A DNA stretch of 64,000 nt from Sediminibacterium sp. (GTDB taxonomy: Bacteria > Bacteroidota > Bacteroidia > Chitinophagales > Chitinophagaceae), in the NCBI GenBank assembly GCA_040403975.1, contig JBBAJS010000002.1:98703-162702 (forward strand). Reading direction: 5' to 3'. A model generated the notes under the pieces. That model was not told the origin of the DNA. It saw only the letters and a program-made list of their open reading frames with translations, and did not search any database. How positions within the stretch are numbered: the stretch's first letter is position 1; each line of letters starts with the position of its first letter. Below are positions 49,154 to 57,149 of the stretch, piece by piece. The position numbers and the translations under genes are program-made.

Positions 49154-50758
49154 TTATAATTGTTGACTAATACTTACTGCCACTTTCTGCCCATCCATTG
49201 CAGCACTTACAATTCCTCCAGCATAGCCAGCCCCTTCTGCACAAGGGTATAAATTAATTAATTGTGGATGTGATAATCTATCGGGATCTCTTGGTATTCT
49301 CACAGGAGAAGATGTTCTGCTTTCTGTTGCAACCACCACGGCTTCATTGGTAAAGAAACCACGCATTTTTTTTCCAAAATGATTGAATCCACCTTGCAAA
49401 CTTGTATAAATAAAAGCAGGCAATACTTCATTCAATGAAGTGGCATGTAAGCCAGGATTGTAGCTGCATTTCGGTAAATTAACAGATTGTTTATTATTGC
49501 AAAAGTCTGCCATCCTTTGAGCAGGAGCAGTTAGATTTCCTCCCCCAGCAACAAATGCTTTTTGTTCTATTGCTTGTTGAAAATGCATCAATAATAGAGG
49601 TGTAGATAAATCAAATTTTTGGTCAGCGTTATTTGAAAAAGATGAAGGGTTTTGTTTAAAATAATTCAAAGCATCTTCCTGGCTAACCTGAACTACCATA
49701 CCACTGTTGGCAAATGGATTATTTCTTTTGCTTGGGCTCCACCCATTTACTACCAGTTCTCCCTGATTTGTGGCAGCAGGAGCAATGATTCCTCCAGGAC
49801 ACATACAAAAACTAAAAACACCTCTGCCATTCACTTGCTCCACTAAACTATAAGATGCAGGTGGTAAATATTCATTGCGTTTGGGTGAATGATATTGAAC
49901 CGAATCAATAATTTCTTGGGGATGTTCTATTCGAACGCCTAATGCAAAAGGTTTGGCTTCGATCAAAATATTTTTTTGATCGAGTAATTCAAAAATATCC
50001 CTTGCAGAATGTCCTGTTGCTAAAATGTAAGCATCTGCTTTTAACTGGTCTCCATCTGCTGTTGTAATAGATTGAATTAAATTTCCATAGTATTGAATAT
50101 CTGTTAACTTCTTTTCAAAATGAATGATTCCGCCACAATCAATGATTTGTTGTCTGATAGAGGTAATGATCAGTGGTAATTTATTGGTGCCAATATGAGG
50201 ATGTGATTGGTACAACACATTTTCATCAGCCCCAAATTGATAAAAGATTTGTAATACTTTGTCTATATTTCCTCTTTTACTGCTTCTGGTGTACAATTTT
50301 CCATCACTATAAGTGCCTGCTCCGCCTTCACCAAAACAATAATTGCTTTCAGGGTTTACAATTCCTTCTTTATTCAGTTTTGCTAGATCCCTTCTTCGGG
50401 CTTTAACATCTTTTCCTCTTTCAATGATAATGGGTTGAATTCCTAATTCGATGAGTTCGAGTGCGGCAAAAAGCCCGGCTGGTCCTGCTCCAACAATCAA
50501 TACTTTTTTTGTAGCAGATTGAACGGAGGGGTATTTAAACATTTTCTTATCCCTGGCAATAAAAGGCTCATTGATAAATGCCTTTAGCGTTAAATTCACC
50601 CAGGCTTGTTTACTTCGAGCATCAATCGATTTTTTTGATAGGAGAAATCCATTGATAGAAGAAATGTCAAACCCTGCACTACTGGCTATGTAGGAAAGAA
50701 TAATTGCATCAGACGCAGCTTTTTCTGGCTTTAATTTTAGTGTGATATCTTTTTGCAT
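49154..50758 (-). CDS. FAD-dependent oxidoreductase (COG2509-type)
   Basis: Dinucleotide fold VLIVGAGPAGLFAA and C-terminal GYAGGI. Length is 534 aa. Confidence 0.75.
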   Translation of the reverse strand: MQKDITLKLKPEKAASDAIILSYIASSAGFDISSINGFLLSKKSIDARSKQAWVNLTLKAFINEPFIARDKKMFKYPSVQSATKKVLIVGAGPAGLFAALELIELGIQPIIIERGKDVKARRRDLAKLNKEGIVNPESNYCFGEGGAGTYSDGKLYTRSSKRGNIDKVLQIFYQFGADENVLYQSHPHIGTNKLPLIITSIRQQIIDCGGIIHFEKKLTDIQYYGNLIQSITTADGDQLKADAYILATGHSARDIFELLDQKNILIEAKPFALGVRIEHPQEIIDSVQYHSPKRNEYLPPASYSLVEQVNGRGVFSFCMCPGGIIAPAATNQGELVVNGWSPSKRNNPFANSGMVVQVSQEDALNYFKQNPSSFSNNADQKFDLSTPLLLMHFQQAIEQKAFVAGGGNLTAPAQRMADFCNNKQSVNLPKCSYNPGLHATSLNEVLPAFIYTSLQGGFNHFGKKMRGFFTNEAVVVATESRTSSPVRIPRDPDRLSHPQLINLYPCAEGAGYAGGIVSAAMDGQKVAVSISQQL

Positions 50759-50806
50759 ACTGTTAGGGGTTTATCCTAAAAAGCGAGCTTTTTAAATAGA
50801 CAATTA

Positions 50807-51184
50807 TTAGAATGGAAGATCATCTACTACATCTGAAGCAGGAGGGATATCGTTGTAATTAGATGATGGAGGCATATCTCCATCTCCAGACAACTTTAGG
50901 GTTTCCATTCTCCAGGCATCCAGGTTGGTGATATAATTGTCTTTACCGTCTTTATTCCATTTTGTGCCCTTGATATTGAACAATACTTTCACCTCGTCAT
51001 TTAAATTAAATCGGTCGGGCATAGCTGTTTTGTCTTGCACACATTGAAATTTAACATAATTGGTAATCGTTCTACCATTGATGTCATCGGTTTTCTCAAT
51101 AACAAATTCTCTGGTTTTAAAGGTCTCCGTTCTTTGAACAATGTCAAACTTGGCAACTAGCTTTCCGATTATTTCATAACTCAT
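50807..51184 (-). CDS. DUF3127 (OB-fold-like) protein with an SSB-like acidic C-terminal tip
   Basis: 125 aa. A beta-rich ~95-aa core is followed by a Pro/Gly/Ser linker and the terminal DVVDDLPF. Confidence 0.65.
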   Translation of the reverse strand: MSYEIIGKLVAKFDIVQRTETFKTREFVIEKTDDINGRTITNYVKFQCVQDKTAMPDRFNLNDEVKVLFNIKGTKWNKDGKDNYITNLDAWRMETLKLSGDGDMPPSSNYNDIPPASDVVDDLPF

Positions 51185-51264
51185 GATGGGTAAATTTATT
51201 AGTTGGTAAAAATAGGTTTATTTCTGTCTATTTTTGTACCTTTCTCCAAGCACAATTGATAAAT

Positions 51265-52008
51265 ATGTTTCAACGGATTTTTGTCCTTTTTTTCACAAGT
51301 ACTTTAGTTGCATGTAGTACACCCAATTTGCCCTTATCTCTTTCTTATAAAGGATATTCGGTCAATGGGGCAAACGCAACTGATACTGCGCTGACTAATT
51401 TAATTCAACCTTATGCGAAGGATTTTAATTTGAAGATGAACAGAGTAATCGGATTCTCCAATACCAATCTTTTTAAGAAGCTACCGGAAAGTGGATTGGG
51501 AAATTTTATGGCAGATTGTATGCAGCAAATGGCTTCAAAACAATACAATCAAACCATTGATATTGCATTTATGAATCAAGGTGGAATCAGAGCGCCGATT
51601 AATAAGGGTAATATCACTATAGGAAACGTTTATGAACTGATGCCTTTCGATAATCTTTTGGTAGTTCAGGAAGTGAAAGGAATTGTGTTAGAACAATTTA
51701 TTCAACTAATTGCTGCAGATGGTGGCTGGCCTATTTCCGCTGGGTCAAGCTTTATCATTCAAAATAAGAAAGCTACCAATATTATGATCAATGGAAAGCC
51801 CATCGATCTAAATAAAATGTATTTAACTGCCAATACCGATTATGTAGCCAATGGAGGAAGTAATGCCGCTATGTTAAAGGCCATTCCATTCCAAAACAGA
51901 GGCTATTTATTGAGAGATGCATTGATTGATTATATCAATGAATTTACCAAAGCAGGAAAGCCAATAGAAGGAAAAATTGAAAACAGAGTAACCTTACCCA
52001 ATGAATAG
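51265..52008 (+). CDS. 5'-nucleotidase C-terminal (substrate-binding) domain lipoprotein
   Basis: Lipobox LVAC and motifs of the 5'-nucleotidase_C domain (MNQGGIR, NDYVANGG). I preferred the ATG at 51265 over the TTG at 51256. Confidence 0.75.
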   Translation: MFQRIFVLFFTSTLVACSTPNLPLSLSYKGYSVNGANATDTALTNLIQPYAKDFNLKMNRVIGFSNTNLFKKLPESGLGNFMADCMQQMASKQYNQTIDIAFMNQGGIRAPINKGNITIGNVYELMPFDNLLVVQEVKGIVLEQFIQLIAADGGWPISAGSSFIIQNKKATNIMINGKPIDLNKMYLTANTDYVANGGSNAAMLKAIPFQNRGYLLRDALIDYINEFTKAGKPIEGKIENRVTLPNE

Positions 52009-52921
52009 AAGAAATTTCATCCAAAATACTGCATTAACAGCTGGAGCGCTCTTGACTGCTCCATTGGTGAATGGGGCAATACCAGCACAATATCCGTTGA
52101 CCATTTTACATACCAATGATGTCCATAGCAGATTAGATCCTTTTCCGATGGATGGTAGTCGAAACCAAGGGTTGGGCGGAGTGGCAGCAAGGGCAGGTCT
52201 GATCAATCAGATCAGGAATCAGGCAGAACAGGTTTTGCTCTTGGATGCTGGGGATATTTTTCAAGGAACCCCTTATTTTAATTTGTATAAAGGCGAACCA
52301 GAGATAAAAGCCATGAGTAAAATGGGCTATGATGCTGTTACCATGGGCAATCATGATTTTGATGCAGGATTGGAGAATTTTGCCAATCAATTGCAACATG
52401 CCAATTTTCCAGTAGTGATTTGTAATTATGATTTTACAGGAACAGCGATGGAATTCAAACACAAACCCTATATCACTCTTCAAAAAGGCAATCAGAAAAT
52501 CGGGATATTGGGTGTTGGGATAGAATTGGATGGCTTAGTACCAGAAAATTTATATGGCAAAACAGTCTATAAGAATCCTATAGAATCGGCCAATACAACT
52601 GCGGCGCTTTTGAAGCAGGAAAAATGCGATTTTATCATCTGTTTGTCTCATTTGGGAGATAAATACGAAGAGAATAAAGTAAGCGATGAAATACTTGCCA
52701 AAGAGTGTTATGACATCGATTTGATCATTGGCGGGCATACGCACCGTTTTTTTGAGCAGCCCAGGAAATATAAAAATAAAAAGGGGGGAGACGTTTTAGT
52801 GAACCAAGTAGGCTGGGGAGGCATCCAATTAGGGCGTTTAGATTATATTTTTTCGGGAAATAATCGGAAAAATCTTTCAAAAGCCCATACTGTGGTTGTA
52901 GCGAGAAAAACAAGCGAATAA
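52001..52921 (+). CDS. Metallophosphoesterase (5'-nucleotidase N-terminal catalytic domain) with a Tat signal
   Basis: Twin-arginine motif NRRNFIQ, plus HTNDVHS, DAGD, GNHDF and GGHTH metal motifs. It overlaps the upstream gene by 8 nt. Confidence 0.85.
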   Translation: MNRRNFIQNTALTAGALLTAPLVNGAIPAQYPLTILHTNDVHSRLDPFPMDGSRNQGLGGVAARAGLINQIRNQAEQVLLLDAGDIFQGTPYFNLYKGEPEIKAMSKMGYDAVTMGNHDFDAGLENFANQLQHANFPVVICNYDFTGTAMEFKHKPYITLQKGNQKIGILGVGIELDGLVPENLYGKTVYKNPIESANTTAALLKQEKCDFIICLSHLGDKYEENKVSDEILAKECYDIDLIIGGHTHRFFEQPRKYKNKKGGDVLVNQVGWGGIQLGRLDYIFSGNNRKNLSKAHTVVVARKTSE

Positions 52922-52931
52922 AAAAATTTTT

Positions 52932-52999
52932 TTTTCAACAAAAAGTGTACATATTCGCAGCCCTAAATTTTTTCCATAAAGTTTTCAACATGTGGAAAA
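52932..52999. promoter_or_regulatory. Cluster of DnaA-box-like 9-mers upstream of dnaA
   Basis: tgtggaaaa (52991-52999, reverse of TTTTCCACA) fits TTWTNCACA. ttttccata (52970-52978) and ttttcaaca (52932-52940 and 52982-52990) each have one mismatch. Confidence 0.4.
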
Positions 53000-53064
53000 A
53001 ATAGGATACCTTGAACAACAGAGAAAAAGAAAACTGATTTATATAAAATTGCTCATTTTTTGAT

Positions 53065-54498
53065 ATGGCTAAGACTGCTGAAATTGTTTGGACAAATTGT
53101 TTAAAAATCATCAAGGATATTGTAGAGTGGCAACATTTTAAAACTTGGTTTGAACCGATTACTCCCGTAGAATTAAAAGGCAATGTATTGATGATACAAG
53201 TGCCAAGTCAGTTTTTCTACGAGTACCTCGAAGAGCATTATGTTACCTTATTAGCAAAAACTTTAAAACGCGAATTAAGCAAAGACGCAAGACTAGAATA
53301 CCGCATCATGGTTGATAGTGGTAATTCAAATAATCGCAATGGTTCAATGGACCTTCCTGCACGCGGACCAAAATCTTTCAATAATAATGAAATGAATTTT
53401 CCATTGGTGATTGATAACCCAGTGAAGAATCCTTTTGTTATTCCTGGATTGAAAAAAATGCAGATCGATCCTCAGTTGAATCATATGTATACTTTCGATT
53501 CATTCATTGAAGGAGACTGTAATAGAGTAGCAAGAAGAGCAGGAAAAACAGTTGCAGAAAAACCAGGCGCCAATTCTTTCAATCCTTTGGTAATCTATGG
53601 TGGCGTTGGTTTAGGTAAGACCCATTTGGCTCAGGGGATAGGAAACGAAGTAAAAAGATTACATCCTTCAAAAGTGGTTTTATATGTGAGTAGTGAAAAA
53701 TTCATTAATCAATTTCAGGACCATAGTAGAAATAACGCAATCAATGATTTTATACATTTTTATCAATTGATCGATGTATTGATTATTGATGATGTACAAT
53801 TTTTCAGCAGAGCAGAAAAAAGCCAGGATGCATTTTTTGCCATCTTCAATCATTTACACCAAAGCGGTAAACAACTGGTGTTAACTTCTGATAAACCACC
53901 TAAAGATTTAGATGGAATGCAGGAGCGTTTGTTGAGCAGATTCCGTTGGGGATTGAGCGCAGACTTGCAGGTGCCAGATTACGATACCAGAATTGAAATT
54001 CTGGAAAAGAAAATGAAAAACGATGGTTTAGATATGCCAAAGGAAGTGGTGAAGTATGTGGCATATAATATCAACACAAACGTGCGTGAATTAGAAGGTG
54101 CATTGATCTCTTTATTGGCTCAGTCTTCTTTAAACAAAAAAGAAATTGATGTTGAATTGGCTAAAAAAGTATTGCGCAATTTTGTAAAAACGAGCAGCAA
54201 AGAAATTACCATCGATGCTATTCAAAAAATGGTTTGTGAGTATTTCGATGTTCCTTACGAAAAATTATTACACAAAACCAGAAAAAGAGAAATTGTTCAA
54301 GCTCGTCAAATAACCATGTATTTAGCTAAAGCATTCACAAAGAACTCTTTAAAAACAATTGGAGAACATTTTGGAGGAAGAGATCATACCACAGTGATCC
54401 ATTCTTGTCAAACCGTGAAGGATTTAATGGATACTGATTCTATTTTCCGTGAAAACGTGATGGAATTAACCCAAAAAGTACAATTAGCAGCTATGTAA
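53065..54498 (+). CDS. dnaA: Chromosomal replication initiator protein DnaA
   Basis: AAA+ Walker A GGVGLGKTHL, Walker B IIDDVQF and the C-terminal DNA-binding motif GGRDHTTVIH. Confidence 0.97.
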   Translation: MAKTAEIVWTNCLKIIKDIVEWQHFKTWFEPITPVELKGNVLMIQVPSQFFYEYLEEHYVTLLAKTLKRELSKDARLEYRIMVDSGNSNNRNGSMDLPARGPKSFNNNEMNFPLVIDNPVKNPFVIPGLKKMQIDPQLNHMYTFDSFIEGDCNRVARRAGKTVAEKPGANSFNPLVIYGGVGLGKTHLAQGIGNEVKRLHPSKVVLYVSSEKFINQFQDHSRNNAINDFIHFYQLIDVLIIDDVQFFSRAEKSQDAFFAIFNHLHQSGKQLVLTSDKPPKDLDGMQERLLSRFRWGLSADLQVPDYDTRIEILEKKMKNDGLDMPKEVVKYVAYNINTNVRELEGALISLLAQSSLNKKEIDVELAKKVLRNFVKTSSKEITIDAIQKMVCEYFDVPYEKLLHKTRKREIVQARQITMYLAKAFTKNSLKTIGEHFGGRDHTTVIHSCQTVKDLMDTDSIFRENVMELTQKVQLAAM

Positions 54499-54538
54499 TT
54501 GGTTGATTTTAATTTCAATCTTCATAAAAATCATATAT

Positions 54539-54573
54539 AACTCCTCAACTCTTTAGTTGGGGAGTTTTATTTT
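54539..54573 (+). terminator. Intrinsic terminator after dnaA
   Basis: 12-bp stem aactcctcaact / agttggggagtt (one G-U pair) with a 4-nt loop, followed by ttattttg. Confidence 0.75.
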
Positions 54574-54592
54574 GGGCTTTTTTCAATCAATT

Positions 54593-54624
54593 TTTGGCAG
54601 TTACCCCACGGAAACATATTTTTG
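54593..54624 (+). promoter_or_regulatory. Bacteroidota-type promoter for tRNA-Ser
   Basis: TTTG (54593-54596), a 20-nt spacer, then TAttTTTG (54617-54624). The tRNA starts 27 nt downstream. Confidence 0.55.
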
Positions 54625-54650
54625 CAGCCCTCTCTGAAAAGAGCAAGGAC

Positions 54651-54739
54651 GGTGAGGTGGGTGAGCGGCTCAAACCAGTAGTTTGCTAAACTGCCGTACG
54701 GGTTAAACTGTACCGAGGGTTCGAATCCCTCCCTCACCG
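54651..54739 (+). tRNA. tRNA-Ser (anticodon GCU)
   Basis: Hand-folded. Acceptor ggtgagg/cctcacc, D arm ggt/acc, anticodon stem gtagt/actgc with loop ttGCTaa, a 20-nt variable arm, and T arm gaggg-ttcgaat-ccctc. No CCA is encoded. Confidence 0.9.
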
Positions 54740-54807
54740 CGAAAACTGTTTTTTAAATTTTTCTCCGGCGAGAAATTTTAGCTTAAAATAGTTTTTAATA
54801 AAGGTTT

Positions 54808-54881
54808 CGGGAAGTAGCGCAGGCCGGTAGCGCACCTGGTTTGGGACCAGGGGGTCGCAGGTTCGAATCCTGTCTTCCCGA
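54808..54881 (+). tRNA. tRNA-Pro (anticodon UGG)
   Basis: Hand-folded. Acceptor cgggaag/cttcccg, D arm gcgc/gcgc, anticodon stem cctgg/ccagg with loop ttTGGga, and T arm gcagg-ttcgaat-cctgt. Confidence 0.9.
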
Positions 54882-54882
54882 C

Positions 54883-55005
54883 AAAACAAAATGAGCCTTG
54901 GCGAAAGCCAAGGTTTTTTTGTGCGCGAGTTTATGAGCGTTTACGCTCATAAACGAGTAAGCAAAAAAAACAAAGAGGGCAAAGCCCTCAGGCTCATTTT
55001 GTTTT
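54883..55005. repeat. Nested inverted-repeat module (three hairpins enclosed by a 15-bp long-range inverted repeat)
   Basis: The outer repeat is aaaacaaaatgagcc (54883-54897) / ggctcattttgtttt (54991-55005). Inner hairpins lie at 54896-54913, 54929-54954 (11-bp perfect stem) and 54975-54989. Confidence 0.6.
54896..54920 (+). terminator. Intrinsic terminator after tRNA-Pro
   Basis: Stem ccttggc / gccaagg with a GAAA tetraloop, followed by seven T. Confidence 0.8.
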
Positions 55006-55147
55006 AGTACCCACCCCATTAGGATCAGCGAACGCAACAAAGTGGAGTGAGCTAATCCCAAGGAACACGGAGCGCAGCGGCGTGAATCCCTTACGCTGTT
55101 ATCACCTATCCCAAAAACAATTTATCTTAGTACCCTAAACACTCCCA

Positions 55148-55915
55148 ATGAATATAAAACATCTATCCCTCCATATAATCGCATTATTCTTTTGCCTTAA
55201 CTCCGCCACAGCACAAACAAAACAGTTTAAAGCATTATTGGTAACAACCACCAATGGCTGGCATCATGAATCTTTACACTCAGGGGTGTTAGCCATTCAA
55301 CAATTAGGAGTAAAGAATTTTTTTGATGTGGTGTTATTCGAAGATCCTACATCTTTTACTGATAAAAATCTCGAACAATATAAAGTAGTCATTTTTTTAA
55401 ACACAACTGGAGACATCTTCGATTCTCTTCAGCAAAAAGTGTTAGAAAGATTTATTCAATCAGGAAAAGGGTTTGTAGGCATTCATAGTGCTTCTGATAC
55501 AGAGTATGGCTGGGATTGGTATACCAAATTAATTGGAAGAATGTTTGAAATTCATCCTGTCATTCAAACGGCAAGTGTAAATGTTGTTGATCCCAATTTT
55601 CCAGGTTTGCAAGGATTCACAGGCAATAAAATTTGGACAGACGAATGGTATGAATTTGGTCCGGAAAAAGTACCAGACTTGAAATATTTATTGACAGTAG
55701 ATGAATCTACCTACAATCCCAAAGCAAATTGGGCAAGTAAGAATAAAAAAGGAATTGGCATGGGAAATTTTCATCCCCTGGCATGGTACCATAATTATGA
55801 TGGAGGCAGGTCATTCTATACAGCTTTAGGACACTTGCCTTCTATATATAGCGATCCTGTTTTTCTGAATCATTTATTAGGAGGAATTCATTGGGCGGCA
55901 ACCGGGAAAAAATAA
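55148..55915 (+). CDS. ThuA domain-containing protein (secreted)
   Basis: Signal peptide, then the GFVGIHSASD and TDEWY motifs typical of ThuA-like class-I amidotransferase-like proteins. Confidence 0.7.
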   Translation: MNIKHLSLHIIALFFCLNSATAQTKQFKALLVTTTNGWHHESLHSGVLAIQQLGVKNFFDVVLFEDPTSFTDKNLEQYKVVIFLNTTGDIFDSLQQKVLERFIQSGKGFVGIHSASDTEYGWDWYTKLIGRMFEIHPVIQTASVNVVDPNFPGLQGFTGNKIWTDEWYEFGPEKVPDLKYLLTVDESTYNPKANWASKNKKGIGMGNFHPLAWYHNYDGGRSFYTALGHLPSIYSDPVFLNHLLGGIHWAATGKK

Positions 55916-55975
55916 AATTTATTTTCTGATTTATTCATTCATACTAACATAACAATTGATTCATAATTAGGCAAT

Positions 55976-57106
55976 ATGGATGTGTTTTCTTTGAAAAACA
56001 TCCTAATGAAATACATATTTATTGCTTGCTTGTTTTTTTCATTTTTTTCTTTGGAGGCACAGGATTCAAAGACGCCTCGCAACATATTCATCATCACTAC
56101 AGATGGATTCAGGTGGCAGGAAGTTTTTCAAGGAGCAGACTCCACACTTTTGAGAGATACTACTTATGTAAAAGACACTTCACTGATATGTGACCAATTT
56201 TGGAGTAATGATCTGGTTGAACGCAGAAAAAAACTAATGCCATTCTTTTGGAATATTGTTGCAAATAAAGGTCGTTTATCGGGTAACAGAAATTTTGGTA
56301 ATGAAGTAAATGTTGCCAATATGTATAAAATATCTTATCCTGGCTATAGTGAAATCTTTACTGGATATGCCGATAATAAATTGATCCCTAATTTATCTAT
56401 TAGCAATCGCAATTTGAATGTGTTTGAATATTTAAATGAGCAAGAAGCTTATGCCGGAAAAGTAGCAGCATTCAGTTCTTGGAATGTACTGCCGTATATT
56501 TTGAACAAAAAAAATAGTGCAATCCCAATCAATGGAGGATACGAAAAGTTGGATGAGTTGAATGATGCAGATTCTATGAATAATTTGATCAATCAAGTTC
56601 AAGAAAATGTGTCTAATAAAACCCATACACGCTATGATTTATTAACTTATTCAAGTGCTAAAAATTATATAGAAAAGAATCACCCCAAAGTGGTTTTTCT
56701 GGGTTTAGGTGAAACAGATGAATTTGCACATCAAGGTAGATATGATCAATATTTGCAAAAAGCACATCAATTTGATCAAATGATAGCAGAGTTATGGTAT
56801 TATGTACAAACGGATCCATTTTATAAAAACAATACTACATTCATTATTACTACCGATCATGGAAGGGGCAGCAAAACTAACAAATGGGCCCAACATGGAT
56901 TTTGGGTAAAAGGATCAGGTGAGACATGGATAGCGATGATTGGTGCAGGAATTCCGGCGGATGGTGAGATCAAAATAAAATCTCGTTTGTATCAAAAGCA
57001 AATTGCTGCAACCGTTTCTGAGCTTGCATCTGAAAAATTTCATAACGCAGAACATAGTATTGCAAAACCCATCAATTTAACTGCTATAATAGAAGCAAAA
57101 AACTAA
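55976..57106 (+). CDS. Alkaline phosphatase superfamily protein (phosphodiesterase/pyrophosphatase-like), secreted
   Basis: IITTDGFRW near the N-terminus and TTDHGRG near the C-terminus. The signal peptide fits better from the alternative ATG at 56006. Confidence 0.6.
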   Translation: MDVFSLKNILMKYIFIACLFFSFFSLEAQDSKTPRNIFIITTDGFRWQEVFQGADSTLLRDTTYVKDTSLICDQFWSNDLVERRKKLMPFFWNIVANKGRLSGNRNFGNEVNVANMYKISYPGYSEIFTGYADNKLIPNLSISNRNLNVFEYLNEQEAYAGKVAAFSSWNVLPYILNKKNSAIPINGGYEKLDELNDADSMNNLINQVQENVSNKTHTRYDLLTYSSAKNYIEKNHPKVVFLGLGETDEFAHQGRYDQYLQKAHQFDQMIAELWYYVQTDPFYKNNTTFIITTDHGRGSKTNKWAQHGFWVKGSGETWIAMIGAGIPADGEIKIKSRLYQKQIAATVSELASEKFHNAEHSIAKPINLTAIIEAKN

Positions 57107-57149
57107 CCCAAAAAGGGTCTGTGCTTTTTATTCTATCTTCACGCTCATT

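Noticed and set aside
51256-52921. The split 5'-nucleotidase as a frameshifted pseudogene.
   Set aside because: The domain order is reversed relative to fused UshA. Each half has its own start codon and its own export signal (lipobox versus Tat), which is inconsistent with a recent frameshift.
54499-54650. oriC in the dnaA-tRNA-Ser spacer.
   Set aside because: No 9-mer within one mismatch of TTATCCACA was seen. The space is accounted for by the dnaA terminator and a consensus tRNA promoter.
54891-55004. A 37-codon plus-strand ORF (MSLGESQGFFVREF...) running exactly from the left to the right arm of the long inverted repeat.
   Set aside because: The start and stop arise from the palindromic arms themselves (ATGAGCC / GGCTCAT). 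The ORF also crosses a strong intrinsic terminator, so it is more likely coincidental.
54795-55061. An 88-aa minus-strand ORF spanning tRNA-Pro and the hairpin module.
   Set aside because: It overlaps a well-folded tRNA gene and three palindromic hairpins. The ORF is an artefact of GC-richer, stop-poor sequence.
55004-55135. A 9-bp direct repeat ttagtaccc (55004-55012 and 55127-55135) flanking the GC-richer segment, considered as a possible target-site duplication.
   Set aside because: No terminal inverted repeats lie inside the direct repeats. A single 9-mer match within ~300 bp is reasonably likely by chance, roughly 0.1-0.2 by a crude estimate.
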